Under the pieces are notes generated by a model. That model was not told where the DNA came from. It saw only the letters and a list, made by a program, of their open reading frames with translations, and searched no databases. A stretch of DNA of 64,000 bases from assembly GCA_025355085.1 (NCBI GenBank), contig JANXLQ010000095.1, positions 229 to 64,228 on the forward strand. The letters run 5' to 3'. Both the position numbers and the translations under genes were made by a program. The stretch comes from Rhodopila sp. (lineage in GTDB: Bacteria; Pseudomonadota; Alphaproteobacteria; Acetobacterales; Acetobacteraceae). This document shows, one piece after another, positions 10,450 to 19,599 of this stretch. The number at the start of each line of letters is the position of its first letter. Position 1 is the first letter of the stretch.

Positions 10450-11736
10450 TCAGTTCATGATTACGGGCAAGCCAGATGATGCCCGAACACCGGCAACCCA
10501 TTGCACGGTCCCAACGTTGCCGCACGAAGCGCACTTTGGCTGCCAGACCGCGCTGTCCGCATGGCAATGCGAACACTGCCAATGTGGATCGGGATCTGCG
10601 GACGCGGCTCGGCGAAGCGCATCGCGCTGGGCAAGCCGCCCGACCTCGGTATCTCCGCGTTCTTGCTCCTCAATCTCTGCAAGAAGCAGGCACTGGCGGC
10701 GTTGATTCAGACCTTCGCGCTCCATGATCTCGATCTGATGCCGAGCCTCACCGGTCAGGCCGGCATTGAGGGCGACTTGGGCCAGGAGAAGCCGGCTTTC
10801 CGGATGGCCGGGATTTCCAGCGATCAGGCGTTTGGCTGACTGGGCACGGGCCAACGCGTTCGATTCCGGAGCAAGAACGAAGGTCGCGAGGTCAGGGTGC
10901 GGTGCGCGCTTCCAGGTATTGGCGATGCAAGCGCGGGCGCGCTTTTCATATCCACCGATCCGCAAACGGCGCGCATAGGCGAGAGCGGCCGGTGCGAACG
11001 CGGGGTCTTGTTTCCAGGCTTGCTTCGCATAAGCCAATGCCTTGGAAGCATCAGGTTCCGCTTCGGCAGCCGCCACATAGTAGGCTGGCCGATGCGGATC
11101 GGGTCCGGCCAAATCAAGCGCTTCGGCCCAGTTGTCTGTGCGTAGGGCCAGTTCGGCTCGCTGCTGACGCAGCCAAATTGTGCCGGGATGGGCGGTTTCC
11201 GCCTCCTTCGCGATAACCAACGCCTCCGCCCAGTCGCTGCGATCGACGGCCTGACGCAACAGGCCGCGAAGTCCCAGAAACCGAGCGTCCTTTTGCTTTG
11301 TCAGTGCCTGAAACGCTTCCTGCGCCTCATCTTCACGTCCAGATAACCGTGCCGCCTCGGCCACCAGGAGCAAGGTTTGCGGCGATTCCCCCAGGAGGTT
11401 GCGTGCGCGGCGGGCTTCTTTTCGCGCCGCCCCCTGCTCTCCGGCTGCTAACGCAACAAGGACGCGTGTGACTGCTTTTTCCCCAAGAGCGAGGCGGTGC
11501 CGACTGCGCCACCCTGCCCCGGCACGCGGTATCGCCCACACGGCACGCAGGGTGCGGAGAACGATAGACAGTGCCACGAACAGCGCTACCAGCATCAAAA
11601 TCGCGAATGGCGCCGACGTGTCGATCGATATCGAGCCCACAGATGCGACGACATGACCGGGAATGCCCGCCAGCAGCCAGCCTGCTGCGATAATGGCGCC
11701 GCCAGCCAACAGGAAGAGAATGACCTTCAGCATCAC
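10450..11736 (-). CDS. HemY-like TPR membrane protein with a C-terminal zinc ribbon
   Basis: Two N-terminal TM segments, TPR-like Ala/Leu-rich repeats, and a C-terminal CSHCHADSAVWQPKCASCG. It sits downstream of hemD and the Mic60-like gene, as in other alphaproteobacteria. Confidence 0.7.
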   Translation of the reverse strand: MMLKVILFLLAGGAIIAAGWLLAGIPGHVVASVGSISIDTSAPFAILMLVALFVALSIVLRTLRAVWAIPRAGAGWRSRHRLALGEKAVTRVLVALAAGEQGAARKEARRARNLLGESPQTLLLVAEAARLSGREDEAQEAFQALTKQKDARFLGLRGLLRQAVDRSDWAEALVIAKEAETAHPGTIWLRQQRAELALRTDNWAEALDLAGPDPHRPAYYVAAAEAEPDASKALAYAKQAWKQDPAFAPAALAYARRLRIGGYEKRARACIANTWKRAPHPDLATFVLAPESNALARAQSAKRLIAGNPGHPESRLLLAQVALNAGLTGEARHQIEIMEREGLNQRRQCLLLAEIEEQERGDTEVGRLAQRDALRRAASADPDPHWQCSHCHADSAVWQPKCASCGNVGTVQWVAGVRASSGLPVIMN

Positions 11737-12662
11737 GCTTGATCAGCCATATCGGCCAGTGCCGACCGCGCGGTCAGCAGAGCTTTCGCGTCCGCCAGCC
11801 AACCGGCGATGGCCTGCCCGGGTTGCCCCTTCAGTCGCTCAACCGACGCAACCGCACCGGCAAGATCGCCAGCATCGAGCGCCACTTGCGCCTGATTTAA
11901 GATGATCGTTGTGGGATTGCCCACAACGATTTCGTCGCCTCGGCGGATGGTGACGAGGCCCTGCGCCCGATCCCATACGCGATCGAGAAACGGTGCCTCG
12001 CTATTGTCCGGCTGCTTTGTGGCCAGGGCGGCTTGCTCCGCTGCGGGAAAGCGAAGGCGAAGCTGTGTCTCGGTGGGTGGTGCGGTGTGAGCGTACCGCG
12101 TAAGTGCTGCCGGCGCGTTTGGCAGATCGCCGATAGGCCGGCCCGAAGCGAGTGCGAAGGACGCTTCTTGCAGCTTGGCGATGCGATTCAAACGCTTGCT
12201 AACGACGGCAAGACTATTGGCATTCTCCTCTGCGGCAGTCACCCGGCTGGTCAATGCATCGAGCTGTCGTTTGCCTGCGTCGATACCGGCCTGGTCCCGC
12301 CCCGAAAGCGCTTCGATGCGGCCGGACAATGTGTCCATCCGGCTGGCAAGCTGGGTTTGATCTGCCATCCGGGCATCAAGGGCATCAAGGCGGGCCGTGA
12401 TTTTTCCAACGTCCTGAGTCGGATGCTGCTCCAAGCGGCTAATACGCCCATCGATATCCGACAGGCGTTGTTCTACCGCCTGCATAGCCGGCGATTCGCC
12501 CGATGTATTCGGGTACTGCCAACCGTAGAATATGGCACCCGCGAGCAGCAGGAACCCGAGGCCATAGAGCCATGGACCCAGATTCCGGCGAGGCGGGGCC
12601 TGCGGCACGGCGATGGGTCCGGATGTTTCGTCCGGCGCGGGCAAAAGAGGTTGTTCAGTCAT
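11733..12662 (-). CDS. Mitofilin (Mic60)-like / HemX-like membrane-anchored coiled-coil protein
   Basis: One TM segment (WLYGLGFLLLAGAIFYGW), a long coiled-coil region, and a conserved C-terminal domain (GDLAGAVASVERLKGQ..AGWLADAKALLTARSAL). Located between hemD and the hemY-like gene, with 4-nt overlaps to both. Confidence 0.6.
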   Translation of the reverse strand: MTEQPLLPAPDETSGPIAVPQAPPRRNLGPWLYGLGFLLLAGAIFYGWQYPNTSGESPAMQAVEQRLSDIDGRISRLEQHPTQDVGKITARLDALDARMADQTQLASRMDTLSGRIEALSGRDQAGIDAGKRQLDALTSRVTAAEENANSLAVVSKRLNRIAKLQEASFALASGRPIGDLPNAPAALTRYAHTAPPTETQLRLRFPAAEQAALATKQPDNSEAPFLDRVWDRAQGLVTIRRGDEIVVGNPTTIILNQAQVALDAGDLAGAVASVERLKGQPGQAIAGWLADAKALLTARSALADMADQA

Positions 12663-13351
12663 TTCAGCAGCACCAGCATCGCATCATGGTTTGGCTTCGC
12701 GGCGATGCCGATGCATCGCCAGGGGAGAGCTCTTAATGGCACGGCAGCCGCTTCGCTGATAGACACCGCTTCGACATCGCGAACGGCATTCCCCAGGCCT
12801 GCAGCCTCTATTAGATGCACAAAATGGCGAGAGGTTTCTCCGGAGAAGAACATCGCCGCGCTCAGCACACCATTACGCAGGCCGGTCGCAGCGGCTGTTG
12901 GCAGCACTGGGGTACAAACCGTCCAATACGCGACGCGGCGGACGACACGGAAGCCCCGCAGCCGGAGAGCGCTGGCGATAGCGCCACCTTGCCCTTGGCC
13001 GGTTGGCAAAAACAACGCGCCATCTGCGGGGGACATCGTGTCCGCCACCAGTTTCGCCAACGCTTCGGCGTCTCCGTCCGCGTTGAGGACATTGTTGAAA
13101 CCAGTCTCGGCCGCCCGGCGAGCGGTTGCGGTTCCGACCGCGAAGACAGGCAGATCGTAAAGAGACGACGCACAGGCGGGGACGGCGTTCCGACTGGTCA
13201 GCAGGGTCGCCGCCACATGATTTGGGGCACGCAGATCCCTGCCAACAATGGACAAAACGGGTGCAACGACTGGAAAAAAGCCGGACGCGGTCAGGCGTGC
13301 GGCGGTTTCGGTGGCGCCGGGTTCGGGTCTTGTGATCAAAACGCGCTTCAA
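12659..13351 (-). CDS. hemD: uroporphyrinogen-III synthase
   Basis: MKRVLITRPEPGATETAARL, about 230 aa, in heme-cluster context. Confidence 0.8.
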   Translation of the reverse strand: MKRVLITRPEPGATETAARLTASGFFPVVAPVLSIVGRDLRAPNHVAATLLTSRNAVPACASSLYDLPVFAVGTATARRAAETGFNNVLNADGDAEALAKLVADTMSPADGALFLPTGQGQGGAIASALRLRGFRVVRRVAYWTVCTPVLPTAAATGLRNGVLSAAMFFSGETSRHFVHLIEAAGLGNAVRDVEAVSISEAAAVPLRALPWRCIGIAAKPNHDAMLVLLK

Positions 13352-13445
13352 AAGGTAACTCTTGTCAAAGAGGCTCCGGTCGATGATGTGTGGCGTTAAC
13401 AGGGTGCGTCGTTACCCTATTTTCGGGCGTGTCGCCACTAAGACA

Positions 13446-13637
13446 GAAAACAGGCAGCCGTTCTCATTTTGGCAAAGCGGCGATGGTGTCTCCTGTCGTC
13501 ATGGTGCGCGAAGGCGCGCCATCCACGGTTTTTGGCGTTTCGGACCAGCAAAGACGTGGATGGCGCGCCTTTGCGCACCATGACGAGGAACATGATCGCG
13601 GCCGCGAACACTAAAATGAGAACCGCTGGAAAACAGG
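13446..13637. mobile_element. MITE-like element carrying a REP-type double palindrome
   Basis: A 9-bp direct repeat gaaaacagg (13446-13454 and 13629-13637) flanks 16-bp inverted ends cagccgttctcatttt (13455-13470) and aaaatgagaaccgctg (13613-13628), matching 15/16. The internal cores gtcatggtgcgcgaaggcgcgccatccacg (13498-13527) and cgtggatggcgcgcctttgcgcaccatgac (13555-13584) are mutual reverse complements. Confidence 0.6.
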
Positions 13638-13695
13638 TAGCCGTGTGCGCGGGCCAGGACATCGGCCTGACCAGGACATCGGCTTGAGAGGTACA

Positions 13696-14748
13696 ATGAA
13701 GCCGATTCTCGGGATCGAGACGTCTTGCGATGAGACCGCTGCCGCGGTCGTCGATGCCAACGGGCGGATTCTGTCCGAGGCCGTGCTGAGCCAGCTTGCC
13801 GAACACGCACCGTTTGGCGGCGTTGTTCCGGAAATCGCTGCACGGTCGCATCTTCGATACCTACCGGAACAGGTGCGTCAAACAATGGCCAAGGCCGGGC
13901 TTGAATTTGCCGGTCTGGGCGGTGTCGCCGCCACGTCCGGTCCGGGATTGATTGGCGGGCTGATTGTTGGCAGCCAGTTTGCCAAAGGTATCGCGATCGC
14001 CAACGGACTGCCCTTCGTCGCGGTGAATCATCTGGAAGCGCATGCCCTGACCGCTCGGTTGCCTGGTTTGGCCGAGGGCGGCGCGCCTTTTCCATACCTG
14101 TTGTTCCTGCTGTCTGGCGGCCACTCCCAGTGCATCGCGGTGACAGGCGTTGGGCAGCACATTCGATTGGGTGGGACCGTCGATGATGCGGCGGGCGAGG
14201 CGTTCGACAAGGTGGCGAAGCTTTTAAGGCTCGATTGGCCGGGTGGGCCGGCCCTGGAAAAAATTGCCGTGGAGGGCGATCCGGCAAGTCACAAATTTCC
14301 GCGCCCCATGATCCGCAGACCTGGCTGCGACCTGAGTTTCTCCGGGTTGAAGACAGCCGTGGCGCAAACGGTGATGCGAATGGGGTCAGATCTGACCCAT
14401 GCACAGTGCGCGGATATCGCGGCAAGTTTCCAACGCGCCGTCGTGGACGTTCTGTCCGATCGGGCCGCCCATGCAATGGAGATGATGCGGGAACGATTTC
14501 CGGCAGCGAACCTGCTGGTTGTCGCAGGCGGCGTGGCGTCGAATACGCCGATCAGGACCGCTTTGGCCGCCGCCGCCATTGCACGCGGGTTCCGGCTGGT
14601 AGCGCCCCCGATCCGGCTCTGCTCGGACAATGCCGTCATGGTCGCCTGGGCTGGCGTCGAGCGATTGCAGCTAGGCTGGAGCGACGGCCTGGATACCAAT
14701 GCCCGGCCGCGTTGGCCACTCGACACGTTGGAAGCGGTTCCGTCATGA
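13696..14748 (+). CDS. tsaD: tRNA N6-adenosine threonylcarbamoyltransferase
   Basis: MKPILGIETSCDETAAAVV, VNHLEAHAL, and GG(V)ASN near the C-terminus. Start is ATG 13696 inside ORF 13645..14748. Confidence 0.92.
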   Translation: MKPILGIETSCDETAAAVVDANGRILSEAVLSQLAEHAPFGGVVPEIAARSHLRYLPEQVRQTMAKAGLEFAGLGGVAATSGPGLIGGLIVGSQFAKGIAIANGLPFVAVNHLEAHALTARLPGLAEGGAPFPYLLFLLSGGHSQCIAVTGVGQHIRLGGTVDDAAGEAFDKVAKLLRLDWPGGPALEKIAVEGDPASHKFPRPMIRRPGCDLSFSGLKTAVAQTVMRMGSDLTHAQCADIAASFQRAVVDVLSDRAAHAMEMMRERFPAANLLVVAGGVASNTPIRTALAAAAIARGFRLVAPPIRLCSDNAVMVAWAGVERLQLGWSDGLDTNARPRWPLDTLEAVPS

Positions 14749-15563
14749 ATTACCGCCACGCCTATCACGCCGGCAATTTCGCCGACTGCTTCAAACATGC
14801 GCTGCTGCTGGCCCTGCTCGACTCTTTGGGCCGCAAACCGGCACCCTATTTCGTCCTGGATACGCATGCCGGCGCCGGGTTTTACGACCTTGATGCCGAA
14901 ACCGCACAACGCACTGCCGAAGCCGAGAGCGGGATCAAACGCCTGTTGGAAAATCCCCGGCCAGAGCTGCGCCGCTATCTCGGGCTGGTAGAGCAACTCG
15001 GGCTGTATCCTGGCTCTCCGGCGTTGATCCGAGCGGTGTTGCGCGAAAAGGACCGTTTGGCGTGCTGCGAACTGCACCCGGAAGATGCGGCAACCCTGCG
15101 GCGGCGGTTTCGCCGCGACCCGCAAGTGGATATGCATGAACGATCCGGCTGGGAAGCGATGGGTGCCCTGCTGCCGCCAAAAGAAAAGCGAGGGCTGGTT
15201 TTCATCGATCCGCCGTTCGAGGCGCGTGACGAGTTCCATACCCTCACGGGTGGTTTGTGCCGCGCCCACAGCCGGTTCAGCCACGGTATTTTTGCCGCCT
15301 GGTATCCGATCAAGCAAATGGCCGCCGTCAGAAGCTTTCATGCAAACATGGCCTCCTCCGGCATCCGCGACATCGTCGCTGTCGAACTTCATCTCCGGGA
15401 CACGACCGATCCTGATCGGCTCAACGGATGCGGTCTTTTGGTGATCAATCCGCCATACCAATTCGAGGATTCTGCGAATACCCTGGCCGACGCAGTATTG
15501 GAATCGCTGGGCGAGAGCGAACCCGGCGCGGAAACAACCGTGATAAGGTTAGCGGATGAGTAA
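14745..15563 (+). CDS. rlmJ: 23S rRNA (adenine2030-N6)-methyltransferase
   Basis: MNYRHAYHAGNFADCFKH signature and the DPPF motif (FIDPPFE). ATGA overlap with the tsaD stop. Confidence 0.85.
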   Translation: MNYRHAYHAGNFADCFKHALLLALLDSLGRKPAPYFVLDTHAGAGFYDLDAETAQRTAEAESGIKRLLENPRPELRRYLGLVEQLGLYPGSPALIRAVLREKDRLACCELHPEDAATLRRRFRRDPQVDMHERSGWEAMGALLPPKEKRGLVFIDPPFEARDEFHTLTGGLCRAHSRFSHGIFAAWYPIKQMAAVRSFHANMASSGIRDIVAVELHLRDTTDPDRLNGCGLLVINPPYQFEDSANTLADAVLESLGESEPGAETTVIRLADE

Positions 15564-16518
15564 AATAACGGTTGTTGGCGCAGGTGCCTGGGGAACTGCG
15601 CTGGCGCTTCAGGCTGCCAGGGCCGGGCATAGAGTCGCGCTGGTGGCTCGGGATGCAGCTTCCGCGTCCGCGATCGATGCCCGCCGTGAGAGTCACAGGT
15701 TGCCGGGCGTTCGTCTGCCGGACATGATCGAACTCCGTCACGATATTCCGGATGATTCCGATGTTCTGCTGTGGGTGGTTCCGACGCAGCACCTGCGTTC
15801 GTCGCTGGCCCGCCTGCCCGCGGCCGACAGCGCCATCGTTGTCTGCGCCAAAGGTGTCGAGGCGAATACGCATCTACTGCCGCTTGAGGTGGTTCAAAGC
15901 GTCTCGGCTGCCCGTTCGCTCGCCGTCCTGACCGGTCCGAACTTCGCGCACGAGATAGCAGCGGGCCTGCCAGCGGCGGCGGTCGTGGCAAGCACCGATG
16001 CCCGGCTTCGCGAGCAGGTCCGGACGCTGTTGGGAACGAACACCTTCCGCTTGTACGGCAATGATGACCCGATCGGCGCCCAGCTTGGGGGGGCGGCGAA
16101 GAACGTCATCGCCATTGCTGCCGGCGCGGTCATGGGTGCGGGTTTGGGTGAGAACGCCCGCGCCGCCCTGGTGACACGCGGACTTAGCGAGCTTTGCCGT
16201 CTCGCGACAGCTCTCGGCGGACGGGCAGAAACGGTTATGGGATTATCGGGCCTGGGGGATTTGTTGCTTACCTGCACCGGACAGTCGAGCCGGAACTTCA
16301 GCTTAGGGCACGCGCTTGGCCGGGGGGAAGGTTTGGCACACATACTTGCCAACCGGTCCGCGGTAACCGAAGGCGTTCCCACCGCCGCCGCGCTGGTGGC
16401 CCGGGCGGGCGACGTCGAACTGCCGATTTGCCGCGCTGTGGCGGACCTGTTGGCCGGCGTGAAAACGCTCGATCAGTCAATCGCCGAACTTCTATCGCGC
16501 CCGCAGCGGGATGAGTAA
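15556..16518 (+). CDS. gpsA: NAD(P)H-dependent glycerol-3-phosphate dehydrogenase
   Basis: KITVVGAGAWGTALA Rossmann motif, LTGPNFAHEIA and GAAKNVIAIAAG. Confidence 0.92.
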   Translation: MSKITVVGAGAWGTALALQAARAGHRVALVARDAASASAIDARRESHRLPGVRLPDMIELRHDIPDDSDVLLWVVPTQHLRSSLARLPAADSAIVVCAKGVEANTHLLPLEVVQSVSAARSLAVLTGPNFAHEIAAGLPAAAVVASTDARLREQVRTLLGTNTFRLYGNDDPIGAQLGGAAKNVIAIAAGAVMGAGLGENARAALVTRGLSELCRLATALGGRAETVMGLSGLGDLLLTCTGQSSRNFSLGHALGRGEGLAHILANRSAVTEGVPTAAALVARAGDVELPICRAVADLLAGVKTLDQSIAELLSRPQRDE

Positions 16519-16523
16519 GACGC

Positions 16524-16937
16524 CAGCCGTTTTCATTATGGCGTTTGGTGCCGCAAATGCCTCTCCCGTCATGGCGGACGAAGGCCCGCCATCCACGTCT
16601 TTTCTGGGGCCGAACGTTGAAAGGCGTGGATGGCGGGCCTTTCAGGCTGTGCGGAAACTCCCTTCCAAATTTGCGTTGGAGGATATTTTTCTTTGCCATG
16701 CCCCTGTCGTTGCGACGTCACAATCCTGTAATGGAAGGAGAAGGCCTACCATCTGCGCCTTTTCCGGGCCGGGACAGCAAGGCGTGGATGGCGGGCCTTC
16801 GCCCGCCATGACGGAGAGGAGCCGCCGGAAAAAACCATTCTCCGCCAAAAGCGTGGGCGAAAGTTTTCACACAGTCTGCTTCGCCCGCCATGACAGTGGG
16901 ATCGACCGACGCCACTTTGGCAAAACGAAAACTGCTG
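16524..16937. repeat. Composite cluster of REP/MITE-like palindromic units
   Basis: The left end cagccgttttcattat (16524-16539) resembles the 13455 end. The right end aaaacgaaaactgctg (16922-16937) matches the 13613 end at 13/16. Cores are at 16568-16597 (gtcatggcggacgaaggcccgccatccacg), 16625-16642, 16739-16756 (degenerate), 16782-16811 (cgtggatggcgggccttcgcccgccatgac) and 16879-16894 (half unit). Confidence 0.6.
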
Positions 16938-16968
16938 GCAAGAACTGCATACCCAACCTGGACCGGTC

Positions 16969-18561
16969 ATGCTGAGAGGTATTCTGACCGTCGGCGGCTG
17001 GACGCTTATCAGCCGTATCCTGGGTTTCGGACGAGACATGCTGATCGCAGCCCTGATCGGGACCGGCCCAATCGCCGACGCGTTCTTCATAGCCTTAAAA
17101 CTCCCCAACCTGTTCCGGAGACTTTTCGGGGAGGGCGCCTTCAACGCGGCGTTCATCCCCGCATTCTCCGGGCTGCTGCACACGGAAGGCCCCGGCGCCG
17201 CCAAGCAATTCGCGCAGGAAGCGTTCGCGGTCATGGCCTTCTGGCTCGGGATCATGACGATCCTGGGTGAAGTCTTCATGCCGCAACTGATGGTGGTCCT
17301 CGCACCCGGGTTTGCCGGGGATCCGGAAAAATTCGCTCTGGCGGTCAGCCTGTCCAGGATCACGTTTCCCTACCTTGTGCTGATCTGTCTGGCCGCTCTG
17401 GTCTCCGGCGTCCTGAACGGCCTGGAGAAATTCACCGCCGCATCCGCGTCTTACGTGCTGTTCAACATTATCTCGATTGCCTGCATGCTCTGGATGACAC
17501 CGTATGTCCCGACCGTCGGTCATGCCCTGTCCTGGGGAGTCACCATCTCCGGTGTTGCCCAGCTTGGCCTGCTGATGATGGCGGTTCGACGCGGGGGCAT
17601 GGCTCTACAGATCCCGCGACCCAGGATGACGCCGCAAATGCGTCTGCTGATGCGCCGGATGGCGCCGGGGCTGGTCGGTGCGGGCGTGACGCAACTCAAT
17701 CTGACCGTTGACGTGATCATCGCCAGCCTGCTGCCGCCCGGCACCGTATCGGTGCTGTATTTTGCCGACCGGGTGCAGCAATTGCCGCTGGGTGTGATTG
17801 GCACGGCGGTTGGAACAGCTTTGTTGCCGCTGCTATCCCGGCAGGTCCGGGCGGGCGAGGCAACTGCTGCGATCGGCACGCTTAACCGAGCGATTGAGTA
17901 TGGGCTGTTCCTGACGCTTCCGGCTGCGCTGGCGCTGATCGTCTGTGCCAATCCGATCATGCTCGTGCTGTTCGGACGAGGCGCGTTCAGCATGGAGAGT
18001 GTGCTGCTGTCCTCACAATCGCTTGCGGCGTACGCGATCGGACTGCCGGCGTTCGTGTTGGTGAAAGTGCTCGCGCCGGCGTTCTTTGCCCGTGGCGACA
18101 CCAGCATGCCGGTTAAGATCGGTGTTTCGAGTGTGGTGCTGAACCTGGTCTTGAATTTGGCCTTCATGGTGCCGCTCGCACATGTCGGACCCGCGCTGGC
18201 GACCAGCATCGCCGCCATCTGCAATGTGGCCGGCCTGGGGTATGTGCTTATTCGCCGTGGGCATTTCGTGCCCGATCGGCAACTTCGGCGCCGCTGCCTG
18301 GGTATGATAGGGGCGTCCGTCGCGATGGCCGGGGTTCTGTGGGGCTTGCGGGTTCTGCTTTTCGAAACCCCACCGGCACATGGGTGGTTGCGTCTGGCAT
18401 CACTCGGGGGATTGGTCGGGGCGGGCATGTTGGCGTATGCCATCGCGGCCTCCCTGCTCGGTGCCTACGATCTAAGAGATATCGGCCGCATGATGTCGCG
18501 CCGTCGCTTGCGCGCCGAGGCCGGATCGGTCATCAGTTCGCCCCCAACGACAGAGACTTGA
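16969..18561 (+). CDS. murJ: lipid II flippase MurJ/MviN
   Basis: [50 protein letters not shown]. Multi-TM, 530 aa. Confidence 0.92.
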   Translation: MLRGILTVGGWTLISRILGFGRDMLIAALIGTGPIADAFFIALKLPNLFRRLFGEGAFNAAFIPAFSGLLHTEGPGAAKQFAQEAFAVMAFWLGIMTILGEVFMPQLMVVLAPGFAGDPEKFALAVSLSRITFPYLVLICLAALVSGVLNGLEKFTAASASYVLFNIISIACMLWMTPYVPTVGHALSWGVTISGVAQLGLLMMAVRRGGMALQIPRPRMTPQMRLLMRRMAPGLVGAGVTQLNLTVDVIIASLLPPGTVSVLYFADRVQQLPLGVIGTAVGTALLPLLSRQVRAGEATAAIGTLNRAIEYGLFLTLPAALALIVCANPIMLVLFGRGAFSMESVLLSSQSLAAYAIGLPAFVLVKVLAPAFFARGDTSMPVKIGVSSVVLNLVLNLAFMVPLAHVGPALATSIAAICNVAGLGYVLIRRGHFVPDRQLRRRCLGMIGASVAMAGVLWGLRVLLFETPPAHGWLRLASLGGLVGAGMLAYAIAASLLGAYDLRDIGRMMSRRRLRAEAGSVISSPPTTET

Positions 18562-18566
18562 TCGGT

Positions 18567-19574
18567 ATGCAGCGCGTTTTCTCAGGCATTCAACCGTCCG
18601 GCATCCCCACTTTAGGGAATTACCTCGGTGCCATTCGCAACTGGGTCACGCTTCAGGACAACCACGCGTGTCTGTGGTGCGTGGTGGACCTGCACGCGAT
18701 CACGGCGTGGCAGGACCCGGCGGCCCTGCGTCAACAATCGCTGGAGATGGCGGCAACCCTGCTGGCCTGCGGCGTCGATCCGGTGAACCACATTCTGTTC
18801 CTGCAATCGGGCGTCCGCGCCCATGCGCAACTCGCCTGGATTTTTAATTGCGTGGCGCGGCTTGGCTGGCTCAATCGCATGACACAGTTCAAGGACAAAG
18901 CGGGCAAGGATCGCGAGAACGCGTCGGCCGGCCTGTACGTCTATCCGAATCTGATGGCTGCGGACATTCATGCCTACCATGCGACGCGGGTGCCGGTCGG
19001 AGACGATCAACGTCAGCACCTGGAACTCGCGAACGACATCGCCCAGAAATTCAACCACGATTACGGCGTCGATTTTTTTCCGAACATCGAGCCGGTGATC
19101 CTCGGTCCGGCCGCGCGTGTGATGAGCCTGCGGGACGGCACGAAGAAGATGTCGAAATCCGACCCGTCCGATCAGAGCCGCATCAACCTGAACGATGACG
19201 CCGACACAATCGCGCTTAAGATCCGGCGCGCTAAAACAGACCCGATGCCGTTACCGTCCGAGGTCGAAGGTCTGACCGGCCGGCCCGAGGCCAGGAACCT
19301 CGTCGGGATTTACGCTGCCCTGACGGACACGGATCACGCATCGGTGCTGCAGGAACATGGCGGCCAAGGGTTCGGCCCGTTTAAGAATGCCCTGGCCGAT
19401 CTACTGGTCCAGAAACTGGCGCCGATTTCGGCGGAGACAAACCGCCTGCTCAACGACCAGGAGGCGCTGATCGATCTGCTTCGATCCGGCGCCGAACGAG
19501 CCGCCGCCATTGCTGAACCGATTGTCAGTGAGGCCGAACGGCTGGTTGGATTTGTCGGCCTCCGCCGAGGCTGA
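18567..19574 (+). CDS. trpS: tryptophan--tRNA ligase
   Basis: [19 protein letters not shown] (HIGH-region equivalent) and KKMSKS. Start is ATG 18567 inside ORF 18339..19574. Confidence 0.93.
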   Translation: MQRVFSGIQPSGIPTLGNYLGAIRNWVTLQDNHACLWCVVDLHAITAWQDPAALRQQSLEMAATLLACGVDPVNHILFLQSGVRAHAQLAWIFNCVARLGWLNRMTQFKDKAGKDRENASAGLYVYPNLMAADIHAYHATRVPVGDDQRQHLELANDIAQKFNHDYGVDFFPNIEPVILGPAARVMSLRDGTKKMSKSDPSDQSRINLNDDADTIALKIRRAKTDPMPLPSEVEGLTGRPEARNLVGIYAALTDTDHASVLQEHGGQGFGPFKNALADLLVQKLAPISAETNRLLNDQEALIDLLRSGAERAAAIAEPIVSEAERLVGFVGLRRG

Positions 19575-19581
19575 CAAATCC
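19548..19581. terminator. Hairpin spanning the trpS stop; likely bidirectional terminator between trpS and the lpoA-like gene
   Basis: ggatttgtcggcctc-cgcc-gaggctgacaaatcc, a 15-bp stem with one mismatch. Confidence 0.5.
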
Positions 19582-19599
19582 AACGGGTTCGGGCGGCGA

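Noticed and set aside
12033-13160. 375-aa + strand ORF
   Set aside because: It is a shadow ORF antisense to hemD and the Mic60-like gene in high-GC DNA, with Arg/Cys/Ala-rich composition and no motifs.
13499-14476. 325-aa - strand ORF
   Set aside because: It is antisense to tsaD and Arg/Pro-rich, a typical GC-rich shadow ORF.
14289-15461. 390-aa - strand ORF, and the 170-codon extension upstream of rlmJ (14235..14744)
   Set aside because: These are antisense to or out of frame with tsaD and rlmJ, which have strong signatures. The rlmJ signature starts at ATG 14745.
17520-18443. 307-aa - strand ORF
   Set aside because: It is antisense to murJ and is low-complexity Ala/Arg/Ser/Thr-rich.
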